The position numbers were made by a program, and so were the translations under genes. From positions 118,397 through 142,396 of the forward strand of contig CAAGGR010000115.1 of NCBI GenBank assembly GCA_900769445.1: a stretch of 24,000 nucleotides of DNA. Direction: 5' to 3'. The stretch is from an uncultured Alistipes sp. Its GTDB lineage: Bacteria > Bacteroidota > Bacteroidia > Bacteroidales > Rikenellaceae. This document shows, piece after piece, positions 22,168 through 24,000 of the stretch. Under the pieces are notes generated by a model that had not been told where the DNA came from, did no database searches, and was given only the letters and a program-made list of their open reading frames with translations. Numbering within the stretch: the stretch's first letter is position 1; the number at the start of each line of letters is the position of its first letter.

Positions 22168-23508
22168 ATGAAGATAGTAATTGCTGGTGCAGGTGATATG
22201 GGTACACACCTTGCTAAGATGCTTAGTGGTAATGGCCACGACCTTACTGTTGTGGATGTTGAACCTAAAGCATTAGCTGAGGTGGGAAACCTTGTTGATG
22301 TGGTAACTGTCGAGGGCGATACAACGCAGTTCTCGGTGTTGCGCAAATCGGGTGTCCGTAAGTGCGATCTCTTTATCGCTGTGCGCTCGGTGGAGAATGA
22401 CAATATTCTATCTGCGGTGATGGCAAAACAACTCGGTGCAAAGAAGGCTATTGCGCGTATCGATAGCAACGAGTATCTCGAGCCTAATAGCAAAGAGGTA
22501 TTTATCGATATGGGTATCGACTACCTCTTCTATCCTGAGCAGATTGCAGCGCGTGAGGTTATCAACTTGCTTGGTCATACATCGTCGACCGAGTATATCG
22601 ATTTCGCTGCGGGCAAGCTCTCATTGGTGGCATTTCGCCTTGAACTGACATCCCCATTGTTGGGTCGACCAGTCATAGACGAGGGGTGCGACGATGAGGA
22701 TTTGGAGTATCGTGTTGTGGCTATTGTGCGTGGCTCAAAGACAATTATCCCAACTATTGAAGACCGCTTCGAGGAGGAGGATATGGTCTATGTAATAGCT
22801 CGTCATAGTGCCACAAATCGCGTTGTCGAGCTATCGGGTCAGCGTCAGGTTGATGTGCGCAATATGATGATTTTGGGCGGCTCACGTATTGGCGTTCGTA
22901 TCGCAAACGAGCTGCAGAATAGTGTGAATATAAAACTGGTAGACTACAATGCAGATAAGGCCTTTCGCCTTGCTGAGATGCTTGATAAGACCCTTATCAT
23001 CAACGAGGATGGTCGCGATACTGAGGCTATGATGGAGGAGGATCTTGCTGGTATGGATGCCTTTGTGGCTGTTACTGGTCGTAGCGAGACAAATATTCTT
23101 GCTGCGATGCTGGCAAAGCGTATGGGCGTGAAGAAGGTAATTGCTGAGGTTGAGAATATAAACTATATCTCGTTGGCAGAGAGCGTCGGAGTAGATACCA
23201 TTATCAACAAAAAGCTTGTTACAGCATCTAATATCTTCCGCTTTACAATGTCTACCGACGTGCAGGCTATTAAGTGCTTGACAGGTAGTCAGGCTGAGGT
23301 CTTGGAGTTTGTGGTGAAGCCAAACTCTCCAGCGACCAAAGAGCCAATTCGCGATCTTGGACTCCCTGAGGATTCTATCGTGGGTGGTGTTGTGCGTGGC
23401 GATAGGGTGTTTATCGCTGTGGGCGACACGCAGATTAATGCCTACGACCGTGTAGTGGTGTTTGCTATGCCAGAGTCGGTTATGCGAGTTGCCGAGTTCT
23501 TCAATTGA
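22168..23508 (+). CDS. trkA: Trk potassium uptake system NAD-binding subunit TrkA
   Basis: 446 aa with two RCK/KTN Rossmann modules (IAGAGDMGTHLA and ILGGSRIGVRIA), each followed by a TrkA_C-like domain. Confidence 0.95.
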   Translation: MKIVIAGAGDMGTHLAKMLSGNGHDLTVVDVEPKALAEVGNLVDVVTVEGDTTQFSVLRKSGVRKCDLFIAVRSVENDNILSAVMAKQLGAKKAIARIDSNEYLEPNSKEVFIDMGIDYLFYPEQIAAREVINLLGHTSSTEYIDFAAGKLSLVAFRLELTSPLLGRPVIDEGCDDEDLEYRVVAIVRGSKTIIPTIEDRFEEEDMVYVIARHSATNRVVELSGQRQVDVRNMMILGGSRIGVRIANELQNSVNIKLVDYNADKAFRLAEMLDKTLIINEDGRDTEAMMEEDLAGMDAFVAVTGRSETNILAAMLAKRMGVKKVIAEVENINYISLAESVGVDTIINKKLVTASNIFRFTMSTDVQAIKCLTGSQAEVLEFVVKPNSPATKEPIRDLGLPEDSIVGGVVRGDRVFIAVGDTQINAYDRVVVFAMPESVMRVAEFFN

Positions 23509-23514
23509 TTTCTT

Positions 23515-23625
23515 GTGATAAGTGGTTATCTTCGACGCTTTGCTTGTTTTCAAATTCCTCATTTACTTCAAGTAAACTCCGGGTTTGAAAACTGCGACAA
23601 ATCACCAAATCTAACCACTTCTGAC
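23515..23625 (+). repeat. Rod-like imperfect palindrome, copy B of the same element
   Basis: It aligns with copy A in the same orientation (shared GTTATCT, CTTGTTT, CTCATTTAC, AGTAAACTCCG, AAACTGCGA). Stems are AAGTGGTTA/TAACCACTT (23520-23528 / 23612-23620), GTTTTCAAATTC/GGGTTTGAAAAC (23546-23557 / 23581-23592, including 2 G-U pairs) and the apex TTTAC-TTCAA-GTAAA (23562-23576). It starts 7 nt after the trkA stop. Confidence 0.7.
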
Positions 23626-23660
23626 AAGAAATTAGTAGTGCAAACCAGAAGGTTGGGTGG

Positions 23661-23668
23661 TATGTTTG
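23661..23668 (+). promoter_or_regulatory. -7 box TATGTTTG upstream of the deoxynucleoside kinase gene
   Basis: Exact TAnnTTTG match 60 nt upstream of ATG 23729. No clear -33 element. Confidence 0.45.
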
Positions 23669-23728
23669 AAAAATGCTCAGTTGAGCGAGTGAACTAAAAC
23701 GAATTATTAATTACAAACTTATATAACA

Positions 23729-24000
23729 ATGTATATCGCTATTGCAGGTAATATTGGAAGTGGTAAGACAACGCTTACAGAGATTCTTACGGAGCGTTTC
23801 AAGGCCAAGGCATATTATGAGGATGTAGCAAACCCATACATCAGCGATTTTTACGATGACATGGGTCGTTGGTCATTCCATCTTCAGTTGTGGTTTCTCG
23901 GAAGTCGTATTCAGCAGACGTTGACAATGCTTGCGGGCGAAGAGCCAAATGTGGTGCAGGATAGAACAATATATGAGGATGCTCATATCTTTGCCGACAA
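23729..24000 (+). CDS. Deoxynucleoside kinase (3' end runs off the window)
   Basis: My own translation from ATG 23729 gives MYIAIAGNIGSGKTTLTEILTERFKAKAYYEDVANPYISDFYDDMGRWSFHLQLWFLGSRIQQ...DRTIYED. It has the P-loop and dNK-family motifs and stays open to the window end. Confidence 0.88.
   Translation, partial: MYIAIAGNIGSGKTTLTEILTERFKAKAYYEDVANPYISDFYDDMGRWSFHLQLWFLGSRIQQTLTMLAGEEPNVVQDRTIYEDAHIFAD

Noticed and set aside
22161-23562. Minus-strand ORFs of 110 aa and 226 aa antisense to trkA
   Set aside because: trkA is unambiguous, with two Rossmann modules. The antisense products have no motifs and are rich in His, Leu and Ser codons, typical of shadow frames.
23515-23697. 60-aa GTG-initiated ORF covering hairpin element copy B
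   Set aside because: The equivalent ORF over copy A (GTG 4254, 35 codons) reads the conserved core in a different frame, so the conservation is at the nucleotide/structure level and not the peptide level.
1-24000. Search for tRNA/rRNA genes, CRISPR arrays, transposases, integrases, toxin-antitoxin pairs or known defence genes
   Set aside because: No regularly spaced direct repeats, no cloverleaf-capable segments in the intergenic gaps, and no ORF with recombinase, nuclease or RT motifs were seen. The only repeats are the LRR coding repeats and the hairpin elements reported above.

Overview
This looks like a 24-kb core-chromosome segment of a Bacteroidales genome (Prevotella/Bacteroides-like). 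Almost every operon start is preceded by a Bacteroidetes-type TAnnTTTG -7 box, often with TTTG/TTGC 18-20 nt upstream. Gene order is typical of the order: bamD-rpoZ-coaBC, rpsF-rpsR-rplI, sigma54-EBP/lptE/hyp/secG and rpsP-rimM. I call 28 CDS (23 minus, 5 plus). Two are cut by the window edges, and one, a 52-aa rubredoxin, is missing from the ORF track. Housekeeping genes dominate: ribosomal proteins, PpdK, MnmA, FolE, TrkA and a deoxynucleoside kinase. Three regions look accessory. (i) At 3.0-4.9 kb there is a secreted BspA-type LRR protein built from near-identical 69-bp DNA repeats, followed by about 610 bp with no credible ORF but dense hairpin structure. (ii) At 11.9-16.8 kb there is a TonB-dependent receptor / DUF4374-like lipoprotein / PepSY operon, which matches the already described XusABC-type xenosiderophore uptake locus. 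(iii) At 21.1-21.8 kb there is a pair of tiny Cys-rich membrane proteins. The most novel signal I can support is a roughly 100-125 nt rod-like hairpin element present twice (4257-4381 and 23515-23625). Its stems differ in sequence between copies but stay complementary. Copy A is bracketed by a family of CGGGTATTA hairpins, including a mutually exclusive pair, and is followed by a candidate small RNA that ends at an 18-bp terminator stem. I saw no tRNA/rRNA, CRISPR array, transposase, integrase or recognisable defence genes, and no convincing new multi-gene protein system. All homology calls come from recognising motifs by eye; no database search or folding program was run.
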